IMG/VR virus record: IMGVR_UViG_3300007553_000105 | Coordinates: 1 to 64,000 of that record | Direction: 5' to 3' (one strand) | DNA: 64,000 nt | From: a virus | Taxonomy: Duplodnaviria > Caudoviricetes | Shown here: positions 29,238 through 37,772 of the stretch, in pieces | How positions within the stretch are numbered: position 1 is the stretch's first letter | Layout: every line of letters starts with the position of its first letter | Translations under genes and position numbers: made by a program | The notes under the pieces: generated by a model | Database searches by the model: none | Told to the model about the DNA's origin: nothing | The model's input: the letters and a program-made list of their open reading frames with translations, nothing else

Positions 29238-29900
29238 TTATGAATTTTTCAATCGATTGTTTCTATCTGGTTGGCAACCTGCCAAGACGATATCGTCTAA
29301 CCAGTAATCTTCAATATACTTAATATACTTGTGATTTGCGTCTTTGTCAATAAATTTTAGAATTTCTGGATCATCCCATGCTACTGGAAAGTCTAGTATT
29401 TTACCTATCCATTTTAGATAGTGCTGTTTGTGAAGGAAAAATGCTTCATGGTCCACAAAGTTTACATCTAAATCAGACGCTAACAAAGTATTATAGTAAT
29501 AGTCTTGTGCAATAGGAGTAGTGTGCGCTTTACGCACTCGCAACTGTTGCATTTGATTGATATTCTGGTCTCTAACCACAATAGCAATCGTCACGTCAAC
29601 CCCAAAACTTTTCACTCGCTCTGCGACTTCTAAAATTTTAGGAACGTATCTAACTCCATCATAAAAGAAAGGACAGCTCACATTTGCCATATGATACTGA
29701 TGTGTTTCAAATATCTCCGGAGTTAGTAGTTCTGGGCGGACCCAGTATTCAGCAAAGGGTTCCTGATCACTCGGTACCCAATATTTATCTAGCAATTCTT
29801 CCCAGCCTGCTACCTCGGGGTGTTTGCTGAAAAGTCTGCTAAAGAGATGGTTACCAGACCCCTGTGGCCCGGTAACTATCAATAGTTTTTTATTTTGCAT
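29238..29900 (-). CDS. P-loop sulfotransferase-like protein
   Basis: IVTGPQGSGNHLF (5'-PSB-like) and IVVRD (3'-PB-like) motifs. Confidence 0.55.
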   Translation of the reverse strand: MQNKKLLIVTGPQGSGNHLFSRLFSKHPEVAGWEELLDKYWVPSDQEPFAEYWVRPELLTPEIFETHQYHMANVSCPFFYDGVRYVPKILEVAERVKSFGVDVTIAIVVRDQNINQMQQLRVRKAHTTPIAQDYYYNTLLASDLDVNFVDHEAFFLHKQHYLKWIGKILDFPVAWDDPEILKFIDKDANHKYIKYIEDYWLDDIVLAGCQPDRNNRLKNS

Positions 29901-30555
29901 GTCGTTGTTGGCCTACATATGTTCTAATCTTTAACGGGTTGACCTCATCAGTTGGGCCAGTGCCGCTGTCTGGTGCAAATACAAAGAGTAGCACGTCTTC
30001 ATCGTCAGTAATAAAATTATGCAGTTCATTACGTCTCATAAAGAATACCTCGCCTTCATTAATTGGAAACATTTCTTCGTTATCCAATTCCACTCTTCCA
30101 TTGCCTTTTAAAATCAATCCTATACGATGACTTGGGTGTGTATGCAGCGTTTGATACATGCCAGCTGGAAAGTGAACATAGTTAATAACTGGATCTCCTA
30201 GACGCCCAGGATTAATAGCTGTGCTATTACTACCGCCGTCCATGTATGTCAAGTTACCAATATCCATTTCTTCTTGGATAAAAATTCTACTTTCCAAAAA
30301 CCTTAGCCCAGGATAGTTGACAACAACTGCTGAACTGTCACTGTCTTTGCATCTTACTGTAAACTCACCATTGGCTACCATTATGGCAGCATTTGCTCTT
30401 TTTACAAGTTTATTTTCGTCTTCAAATTCAGAATTTCTAATTAGAACATAGTTTGTTCCAGGCTGGTTAAAAGTACGTGATTCGCCACTTTCCAGCTTTG
30501 TTAAATTTAACACCCAACGATCATTTGATATATATTCTTTTTTTACATTAATCAT
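29890..30555 (-). CDS. cupin-domain protein
   Basis: QTLHTHPSHRIG...GEVFFM..NELHNF metal-binding cupin motif; start could be 30585. Confidence 0.8.
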   Translation of the reverse strand: MINVKKEYISNDRWVLNLTKLESGESRTFNQPGTNYVLIRNSEFEDENKLVKRANAAIMVANGEFTVRCKDSDSSAVVVNYPGLRFLESRIFIQEEMDIGNLTYMDGGSNSTAINPGRLGDPVINYVHFPAGMYQTLHTHPSHRIGLILKGNGRVELDNEEMFPINEGEVFFMRRNELHNFITDDEDVLLFVFAPDSGTGPTDEVNPLKIRTYVGQQRHAK

Positions 30556-30574
30556 ATCTATATACTCGATGTGT

Positions 30575-30598
30575 GGGTTGCCCATTAATGAGCAACCC
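30575..30598 (-). other. stable stem-loop downstream of the ferritin-like gene
   Basis: GGGTTGCTCAT-TA-ATGGGCAACCC with no U-tract; probably an mRNA stabiliser or partial terminator. Confidence 0.55.
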
Positions 30599-30606
30599 CA
30601 AGCTGA

Positions 30607-31311
30607 TTACCAGCCGTATGCTTCTGCTACTAGTTCTTTAGCTTCTGCTACTGCCGCTGTGTTTGAGCAAGAAATCTGGAATAGATCCTTGCGCATTTGA
30701 TCAACTAATTCTAGGATACGAGCTTGCTCTTCACCTGTAACTGCTATCTTTGCTAGGCGTAGACCACCGATGTTTGCGTGGAAGCCTTCGTCTGCTGCAA
30801 TTTTAGCATATGCTTTTGAGATGTATGCGTCTTCGATGCATTCTGCCATTTCGTTCCATACTGCTTCAGCGCGGCCTTCTGCTACTAGCTGGTATGCTGC
30901 TAGAGCTGCTTTGTCGTCTGTTGCTTCGTACTTTGCTAGTAGAGCTGCGCCCTTAGCTGTTGGCTTTGCTGCCTCTGCCGCGATTGCTGCTTCAACATCT
31001 AGTTCTGTACCAGTGATGTGTTCGATAACGTCTTTTACCATCTTGAAGTGAACTGCTTCGTCTAGTGCTTGCTTTGTTAGTAGCTCTAGTTCTTCAGCTG
31101 GTGTGTTTGCTGGCATTGCAGCAATTGCAGCTGAAATTTCTGACATGTTCATGCGCTCGTTGACCATACGGCCTGTGAAGTGCTCTACTAGTTGTTCTTG
31201 TGATGGATTTGAATTAAAGTATGCACGTGTGTTCATACGTGATGCGTCGAATAGTGCTTTGTTCTCTGCTGTGATTTTTGCAACGAACTCTTTACCTGTT
31301 AGTGTTGTCAT
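30607..31311 (-). CDS. ferritin-like diiron protein
   Basis: E...DEAVH and E...DEGFH diiron ligand pairs; start MTTLTG after a GGAGA RBS; strongly biased codons. Confidence 0.8.
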   Translation of the reverse strand: MTTLTGKEFVAKITAENKALFDASRMNTRAYFNSNPSQEQLVEHFTGRMVNERMNMSEISAAIAAMPANTPAEELELLTKQALDEAVHFKMVKDVIEHITGTELDVEAAIAAEAAKPTAKGAALLAKYEATDDKAALAAYQLVAEGRAEAVWNEMAECIEDAYISKAYAKIAADEGFHANIGGLRLAKIAVTGEEQARILELVDQMRKDLFQISCSNTAAVAEAKELVAEAYGW

Positions 31312-31332
31312 GATGTTTCTCCATTCTATCAT

Positions 31333-31486
31333 AAAAAAAATAGTTCTATAAAACTTTGTTTTATAGTTTAAAAACATCTATACTTCTGTGAATTATAGAT
31401 GGGTCACACATAGTAACTCAATTGCGACTCCGCTTATTGACTGTGTGGCTCATCATATGATGATCGTCAGTAGAACTCTCTACTGC
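31333..31486 (-). ncRNA. candidate structured 5' leader / cis-regulatory RNA
   Basis: Five consecutive inverted repeats, the last two followed by U-tracts, directly after a TAAATA box (31492-97). Confidence 0.5.
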
Positions 31487-31509
31487 ATTATTATTTATGC
31501 CTCAGAAAA

Positions 31510-32055
31510 TTACATCAAAAGGGTTTGAACTTCTTTTGGCAAATATGGGTTTTTCATACGTTCAGGATGCCAAACTACTGCGGCCATTTTTCCTTCTATC
31601 CAAGATTCACAATAACCTGCGTAGTCTGTTGTTAATACTATTGCATTTTCAGGCGCTTTGTTTATGCACATAGTATGATAAGAGTTGACAACGTGTTCTT
31701 CTCCATTCGTATAAACACGATGAGATACGCCGTGATGATCTTCTATAATGCCTACCGCACCGCCATTTAGAGTTGTTAATAGAAAAGCACCGTGGCATAT
31801 TCCGACCACTGGCTTATTTAATAATAACATTTCTGTAGCCATACGTGTTTCAGTAATACGCCTAATATTAGGATCATTGCCACCAGTTAACACCAAAGCA
31901 TCTATCTTGTTTGCAAGTTGTTTGAAGTCCTGATCTATTCTATTAGGAATAGGTATTATTTCTTGGTCTTTAAAATAATGATACCAGGCTTGATCTGTTG
32001 AATCGTAAGCCTGGCCATTGTGATATATTACTCGTTGCGATAGTCCAACAATCAT
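31510..32055 (-). CDS. class I glutamine amidotransferase / peptidase C26 family
   Basis: LTGGND, GICHG, VNSYH and WHPE motifs. Confidence 0.85.
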   Translation of the reverse strand: MIVGLSQRVIYHNGQAYDSTDQAWYHYFKDQEIIPIPNRIDQDFKQLANKIDALVLTGGNDPNIRRITETRMATEMLLLNKPVVGICHGAFLLTTLNGGAVGIIEDHHGVSHRVYTNGEEHVVNSYHTMCINKAPENAIVLTTDYAGYCESWIEGKMAAVVWHPERMKNPYLPKEVQTLLM

Positions 32056-32735
32056 TTAGCTTTACGCCACACAAAATATATGCGGTTTAAATCTTTGCGA
32101 ATTGCAAGTAGTTCACAGTTTAATTGTTTAGCCATGTTACTAATAAAAACAGGGTCCCAATCATAAAAATTAATCCATTGACTTTCAGGAGCAGTATGCT
32201 GTTGCCCAGGGTTTACACGGAAATAAAGCACGCCGCCATCTTTTACAAGGTTTACTGCGGCAGTAAGTTCTTTAATAATTTTGTCACTGCTACCGAAGTT
32301 AATGCTACCCAAACAAATTGCTACATCATATTTGATATCTGTTACTTGGTATTCTAATACAGTAGCTTTTACGTCTGCACGATGATTATAAGGATCAATG
32401 CCAATTAAATTTTGTATCTTGCCTTTAAACTCATTGTATCCACATCCAATATCAATTACTGCCGTCGGATCCATTGCGTTAACTTCGTCAATAATAGCGA
32501 GTCCGCTATACTTGTATTTTTTTGTTTCAGGTTGCCATACTTTACTGAAGTATTTTGTTAAAACTTCATTGTCAATAATATCTGCTAGTTCTGATATACT
32601 AACCACTGGTGAGATATTATCTAATTCAATATCAAATACGCCGTTTACTACCTGGCATAGTGATAGCCTATCAGATTCAAGGCTAGGATTTCGTTTTAGA
32701 ATACGATCTAATTCGTTTAAAATTTTTAGGTTCAT
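32052..32735 (-). CDS. class I SAM-dependent methyltransferase
   Basis: VIDIGCG, GIDP and YDVAICLGSINF motifs. Confidence 0.8.
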   Translation of the reverse strand: MNLKILNELDRILKRNPSLESDRLSLCQVVNGVFDIELDNISPVVSISELADIIDNEVLTKYFSKVWQPETKKYKYSGLAIIDEVNAMDPTAVIDIGCGYNEFKGKIQNLIGIDPYNHRADVKATVLEYQVTDIKYDVAICLGSINFGSSDKIIKELTAAVNLVKDGGVLYFRVNPGQQHTAPESQWINFYDWDPVFISNMAKQLNCELLAIRKDLNRIYFVWRKAK

Positions 32736-32736
32736 G

Positions 32737-32934
32737 TTATGTCCATGTTAGTTTGAATAATAAAACAGCTTCGTCAGAAGGTAGTTGCAATACCATGCCT
32801 TCCAATATACTGCCGGGAAAATTAGTTGTCCATTCGTGAAGTTCTGTATAATGTTCTGCCCAGTAATGATAGTCACTCAGTATAACACACCGTGCTTTAC
32901 CATACTGAGTGACTACATACCGTTCTTTAATCAT
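32737..32934 (-). CDS. hypothetical phage protein
   Basis: Short ORF ending LLFKLTW. Confidence 0.6.
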   Translation of the reverse strand: MIKERYVVTQYGKARCVILSDYHYWAEHYTELHEWTTNFPGSILEGMVLQLPSDEAVLLFKLTWT

Positions 32935-33028
32935 AGATAAATGGGTCTTGGTCTTTTAGTTTTTTTAGTTTTTCAGCTAACCGCTTCTTATACTTGTAAT
33001 TGGCGATCCATTGCTTAATTAGTTTCAC
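32927..33028 (-). CDS. 33-aa basic peptide (MKLIKQWIANYKYKKRLAEKLKKLKDQDPFIYD)
   Basis: GTG start; exactly fills the gap after the carbamoyltransferase. Confidence 0.55.
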   Translation of the reverse strand: MKLIKQWIANYKYKKRLAEKLKKLKDQDPFIYD

Positions 33029-33032
33029 TGGA

Positions 33033-34568
33033 TTAAGTGTCATCTCGTGTTAATACCTTTACGTTATATTTCCGCGTCCAACGTTCAGCGTCATCCTCAT
33101 CATCCACCATAGGTTCGCCTTTAATGTTTAACGAAGTATTTAGTAACATTGGACATCCTGTTTGCGCATACCAGCGTTCCAGCAATTCGTATAATCCAGG
33201 ATGCTGTTCGCGTGTTACAGTTTGCACACGGCTTGTACCGTCCAAGTGCGTAATTGCAGGATATAAGTCAGGACGTTTACATGTCCCAATAAACTGCATG
33301 TATGGGCTATGGTTGCAACCCGCTGGCATGTCAAAATAGTCATGCACGTGTTCAGCCATAATTACTGGAGCAAAAGGTCTAAACTCTTGTCTACGCTTCA
33401 CAGTGTTAACAAGGTCTTTCATTTCCTGTCCTCTTGGGTCCGCTAACAAACTCCTATTACCCAGCGCACGTGGGCCGTACTCAGCTCTTCCATTTGCTAC
33501 CCCAACCATTCCTACTGTACTTAGTTCTTGCAGTGTTGCGTTTACAGGATAAGATCCTTTAATTTCATATCCCAAATATGGAGTAGTAAATGGAACGAAT
33601 TCTCTATTCCAATCCAACACACACCCTACTGCGCTACCAGCATCGCCAGGATTAGGCATGATCCATACATTATCAAAATACTTATATGCAAGACCATTGG
33701 CAACGCAATTTAGCGCACATCCGCCCATGATTACAATATTTTCGTCACCTACAATCTCTTTGGTTTTCATTACTAGGTAGTCAAATACCATTTCATAAAC
33801 AGCTTGTGTACTTGCCGCAATGTCTGCATAATCTTGTATTGTGTTTAGTTCTGGTGCCCACCATAAACAGCCGCGATGCAAGTTTTGCTTAAAGCGAATG
33901 TTTGGTGTCCCGTCAAATGGTTCAAAGAAATCGTCAAATATTTTTTGTTTATATTTCTCAGGATCACCCACCGCGGCCCATCCCATAAGAATATATTCTT
34001 CTTCATTGGGCTTTAAGCCAATGCGCTGTGTCATTGCGCTGTACCATAACCCAACACTGTGCGGATAGCTCTGACTAAACAGCTTGCGCATTTTTTTATC
34101 TTTACCGTGCCAGATAGTAAGCGTTTCAAACTCACCTATACTATCAATTACAAGTATGGCGGCATCGCGGAAAGGACTTGTATAAAACCCCGCGGCGGCA
34201 TGGCTGGCGTGGTGGCGGTGATTATGAAACATTGTTTGATTTTCACGATAATCGTCCATTAATAGCATACTATCACAAGCATCAATACCAAATTCGCTCA
34301 TTGTGGTCACTGGACTGGGTTTTGTCAATGCCAGCTTATATTGTCCACTTGTTAACTGACGCAACCGTTTTAACCACTGTGTTTCATACCAGTGTACTGT
34401 ATCAGGAAATCCAAATTCCAGTGCTTGATTAATTAGCTTCTGATTCAGGTGTTTGTCGTTCTTAACCCCACTACTACGTTCACTGTGTGCAGCAAATTTA
34501 ATTTCTTTATCTACGAATACTGCTATCGCAGCATCATGACTATTGGCTGTAATTCCCCATTGTATCAT
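33033..34568 (-). CDS. NodU/CmcH/TobZ-family O-carbamoyltransferase
   Basis: HDAA, HHASHAA, GGCALN, GDAG, GPRALGNRS, RPFAP and LNTSLN motifs. Confidence 0.93.
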   Translation of the reverse strand: MIQWGITANSHDAAIAVFVDKEIKFAAHSERSSGVKNDKHLNQKLINQALEFGFPDTVHWYETQWLKRLRQLTSGQYKLALTKPSPVTTMSEFGIDACDSMLLMDDYRENQTMFHNHRHHASHAAAGFYTSPFRDAAILVIDSIGEFETLTIWHGKDKKMRKLFSQSYPHSVGLWYSAMTQRIGLKPNEEEYILMGWAAVGDPEKYKQKIFDDFFEPFDGTPNIRFKQNLHRGCLWWAPELNTIQDYADIAASTQAVYEMVFDYLVMKTKEIVGDENIVIMGGCALNCVANGLAYKYFDNVWIMPNPGDAGSAVGCVLDWNREFVPFTTPYLGYEIKGSYPVNATLQELSTVGMVGVANGRAEYGPRALGNRSLLADPRGQEMKDLVNTVKRRQEFRPFAPVIMAEHVHDYFDMPAGCNHSPYMQFIGTCKRPDLYPAITHLDGTSRVQTVTREQHPGLYELLERWYAQTGCPMLLNTSLNIKGEPMVDDEDDAERWTRKYNVKVLTRDDT

Positions 34569-35026
34569 TGTTTTTTTATCCAAGTTAAGTTATTGTTATT
34601 AGCGTTGTCACCGCACACCCCAAATATTTCACCGCTGGGAATAGCGGGCGTAGGATGTCCTAATAAGTCCAACCATATAGCCCTATGATGCACTGGATGT
34701 ACTCCAGGGTAACACCACATAAATCCCATGTTGGTTAATGTCATCTTATCGTTTTCGTGCCAGAAACAATGGACACCGCCGTTGAGTAGCACTTGCATTG
34801 TTTCAATTGTTTTAGCATGGCAGAAGACATAAGGGCGTCCTATAAATTCCCAGTCAACTTGTTCTTGTGGTTCATCATGTCCAAAGTATAACGCACCATT
34901 ATACATTTGTAAATCACATTCCACGCCATAGCCTCCATTATAGGCTTCCTTTAGGTAATCTAGCCTATTCTCATAATCACGTTCAACTCCATAGTAGTTG
35001 CCGCGATGGGCGATAAAGATTGCCAT
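34565..35026 (-). CDS. glycerophosphodiester phosphodiesterase-like (PLC-like) protein
   Basis: IAHRGN, VECDL, GHD and HAK motifs. Confidence 0.7.
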   Translation of the reverse strand: MAIFIAHRGNYYGVERDYENRLDYLKEAYNGGYGVECDLQMYNGALYFGHDEPQEQVDWEFIGRPYVFCHAKTIETMQVLLNGGVHCFWHENDKMTLTNMGFMWCYPGVHPVHHRAIWLDLLGHPTPAIPSGEIFGVCGDNANNNNLTWIKKQ

Positions 35027-35052
35027 TTAACACCTTTAATTATATACGCATA

Positions 35053-35067
35053 TATTTATTATAAATA
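35053..35067. promoter_or_regulatory. back-to-back TAAATA late-type promoters
   Basis: TATTTAT-TATAAATA between divergent genes; the + box matches the T4 late consensus TATAAATA. Confidence 0.65.
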
Positions 35068-35085
35068 TAACACAGGATATTCTAT

Positions 35086-36120
35086 ATGCCAACATTTAAA
35101 TTTTACACCAATCCATCTGATAAAGCAAACAAATATGAAATAACAGCGAATTTAATTGGTCGCGATTGGGATTTTTCAGACGGAGAACAGAGTAAGGAAT
35201 TCAGCACACTGTATCGTAAATATTTATTAGGGCTTATATCTTCTCCAGAAGAAAAGTACTACAAATTTTTAAAGTCCACAATAGATAATTTTGAACTACT
35301 AAAAACATTTACTGCTGATACATCACCCCACCCATCTATTGCTAATAGAAACTGCGATACTTTTTTTGATAATACCGTTGGGATAGTTAATAGAGGTAAA
35401 AAGAAAACAATTATTGCACTAGGTGGCGGTAGTTGGTACAAGACATTATATAACTATGACGGATTAGATCACGTTGCTAGTTGGCTGTTTGATGAACGCG
35501 ATTCCGTTAACTATAACGTGATTAGTTTTAGAGAGCAAATAGAACGCTGTTATTACAATCCAGTATTATATGATAGCTGTTATTATAACGGTTGCCATGA
35601 ACAATTGACAACCCCACAGGCCATGGCTGCTTTTATTAAGCAACTGTTTCCAGACAATGAATATTATATATTTGGAGACTGTAAATTGGGGCACGCCACT
35701 GCATTACTTGCATATTATCTAGGAGCGAGTAAAATTTTTGTCAGTAGTGGCATCACTACAATGGAAATTGCTACACTGGACACATTCTTAAACAAAAACA
35801 ATGACGGGGACTATCATTTAAACGATTATCAGAGTCTAGGCGCATTCGAAGTATTATTGCGGGCAACTTATTTCTCAGACAATATCCCCTCACATTTAAT
35901 GACCACACAGAATATTATAAATCTAATGCCCAATAGTAAATTTATGTTTTACAATCATGAGCATGATATTCCAGAATTCAATGAACAATCAAAAATGGTC
36001 TCTTTGGCTTCAAACGTCAATATACATTATACTGACAATCAAAAATATTCTATTAATAATCATCACATCGTAAATTATTTACGAAAGCATAATATTGTTT
36101 TTGATTTCTTTAACGAATAG
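35086..36120 (+). CDS. hypothetical protein (possible alpha/beta-hydrolase-like fold)
   Basis: 344-aa ORF; GDCKLG could be a nucleophile-elbow variant. Confidence 0.65.
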   Translation: MPTFKFYTNPSDKANKYEITANLIGRDWDFSDGEQSKEFSTLYRKYLLGLISSPEEKYYKFLKSTIDNFELLKTFTADTSPHPSIANRNCDTFFDNTVGIVNRGKKKTIIALGGGSWYKTLYNYDGLDHVASWLFDERDSVNYNVISFREQIERCYYNPVLYDSCYYNGCHEQLTTPQAMAAFIKQLFPDNEYYIFGDCKLGHATALLAYYLGASKIFVSSGITTMEIATLDTFLNKNNDGDYHLNDYQSLGAFEVLLRATYFSDNIPSHLMTTQNIINLMPNSKFMFYNHEHDIPEFNEQSKMVSLASNVNIHYTDNQKYSINNHHIVNYLRKHNIVFDFFNE

Positions 36121-36814
36121 AATCTAGATAGGACAAGTAATCTACAGGAGTTCCTATTGCAGTATACTTGTTAACCATAGACAATTTAACAGGGTGGTCA
36201 TTCTGGATGGCATGGTTATATAATGGCGCCAAATAAAATTCACCATTGGTTAGTAGATTATTGTTAGCATAAAAATTATAAGCGTCCATAAATAAATCTC
36301 CAGATTTCCAATGATACAACCCTGTGTTTCTATATTTGCTTATTGGCTGCTTCTCAGCAATGCCATATACTTTAAAGTCTTTGTCGACACTGCTATAGCT
36401 ACTTTTTAAATCCCATTGCCGTTCTTCAGCTAGTACTACGCTTGCGTGTCGGGTGCTTGCTAGAAAATAGTCTTTGTTGTAGTCCAAAATAAAGTCACAG
36501 TCAATAGTCATCCATTCTTCACTGCGATATTCACTGTTGGCAATCACATACGCTGCACTTGTTGCTGCACCATTAGTATAATAATCTATGCTGTGTATTG
36601 TACCATCAACATACTGTGCTGGGTTGTATTGTTCAATGTGACTCTGCTGAAAGAGGAAATGATAACGTATCTTATCATTTTTATCAAAGTTTAAACTATC
36701 AAGTGCAGCAACAAACATTGGCTTACCAGCCACATCCAAAAAGGGTTTGGGAATATCTGAAAATTCTTTAAAACGACTTCCTTGTCCAGCGCATAACTGC
36801 AACACATTAATCAT
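36110..36814 (-). CDS. sugar-phosphate nucleotidyltransferase family protein
   Basis: AGQGSRF...PKPF, DCD, EKQPIS, NGEFY and GTP motifs. Confidence 0.85.
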   Translation of the reverse strand: MINVLQLCAGQGSRFKEFSDIPKPFLDVAGKPMFVAALDSLNFDKNDKIRYHFLFQQSHIEQYNPAQYVDGTIHSIDYYTNGAATSAAYVIANSEYRSEEWMTIDCDFILDYNKDYFLASTRHASVVLAEERQWDLKSSYSSVDKDFKVYGIAEKQPISKYRNTGLYHWKSGDLFMDAYNFYANNNLLTNGEFYLAPLYNHAIQNDHPVKLSMVNKYTAIGTPVDYLSYLDSIR

Positions 36815-37152
36815 TCTATATCTCTCCATTCACCTACCATTATTTTGTCATTTGGCAAGCTAGGCGTTTTAACGCACATTACATATGCTTCTTCAAGAAC
36901 CTCTGCATCCACTACTTCATACGCATCAAATACAAATATGTCTCCAGCCACCATAATGTTACCATTGATTCGCATTTTTCCACTTACCATAACATTGTAC
37001 TCTATAGCAGTTAATTGAAAATGTGGTGCTATATATTCGCCTGGCAGGTGATGCATTAGTGCAACTTCAAATTGATCTGTTTTGAAAAGTGCTGGTTCAA
37101 AATCACCAATGATCCAACCGCGTTTGTAATTTTTTATATGATCTATTTTCAT
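36811..37152 (-). CDS. small cupin protein
   Basis: GWIIGDFEP, EYN and KTPS..NDK motifs. Confidence 0.7.
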   Translation of the reverse strand: MKIDHIKNYKRGWIIGDFEPALFKTDQFEVALMHHLPGEYIAPHFQLTAIEYNVMVSGKMRINGNIMVAGDIFVFDAYEVVDAEVLEEAYVMCVKTPSLPNDKIMVGEWRDIE

Positions 37153-37733
37153 AATTTGTATATCTTTTTAATAGTATCTTCTACATCAAAAACTTCTATT
37201 ACACTTGCCCCTGTTGCACGAGCACATTGAATTCCCACCGGGCTGTCTTCAAATATAGCAGTAGTAGCTGGCGCACTGCCTGTATGTCGCATACAATCAA
37301 CAAATGTAGTTGTATCTGGTTTTGCTGGATAATCTGTGGCAGTGTTTACTTTGGTAAAAAATTTAGCAATTTGCATAATCTCTAAACTACGTTCAATAAA
37401 TGCGCTTGTGGCATTTGTGGCCAAACAGATTTTATAACCCTTTTTATACAGATACTCTATTGCATCGTACAAATCTTTTCTAAACGAAATATATTCAGGA
37501 ATATGTTGTTGAGTATGGGCTTGTTTAGCTTCATTTACTTTGTCAGGATTTAAATTAGCACCGTGAGCATTAAGTATTCGTATCTTTTCACGAGTAGGTC
37601 TGCCTTCAATATCTTCATCATCAAAATTTAGATCTGGAGCATATTTTTTAACCGCTGCACGGAAACCGTCCTGATGTAATTTCTTACAATCTGCTAGAGT
37701 TCCATCAAAATCGAATATTACAGTTTTTATCAT
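37149..37733 (-). CDS. HAD-family phosphatase
   Basis: FDFDGTL, ATN, KPD and FEDSPVG motifs. Confidence 0.9.
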   Translation of the reverse strand: MIKTVIFDFDGTLADCKKLHQDGFRAAVKKYAPDLNFDDEDIEGRPTREKIRILNAHGANLNPDKVNEAKQAHTQQHIPEYISFRKDLYDAIEYLYKKGYKICLATNATSAFIERSLEIMQIAKFFTKVNTATDYPAKPDTTTFVDCMRHTGSAPATTAIFEDSPVGIQCARATGASVIEVFDVEDTIKKIYKL

Positions 37734-37738
37734 ATCAG

Positions 37739-37754
37739 TATTTATTAATAAATA
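37739..37754. promoter_or_regulatory. palindromic double TAAATA promoter
   Basis: Perfect palindrome TATTTATTAATAAATA between divergent genes. Confidence 0.65.
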
Positions 37755-37772
37755 TTATATAGGAGATCATGC

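Noticed and set aside
31312-31377. 22-aa N-terminal extension of the ferritin-like ORF given in the track
   Set aside because: It runs through the hairpin/U-tract; a GGAGA RBS supports ATG 31311.
31333-31486. Assignment of the leader to a known SAM, preQ1 or cobalamin riboswitch class
   Set aside because: I could not match their consensus elements by eye, so it is kept only as an unclassified candidate.
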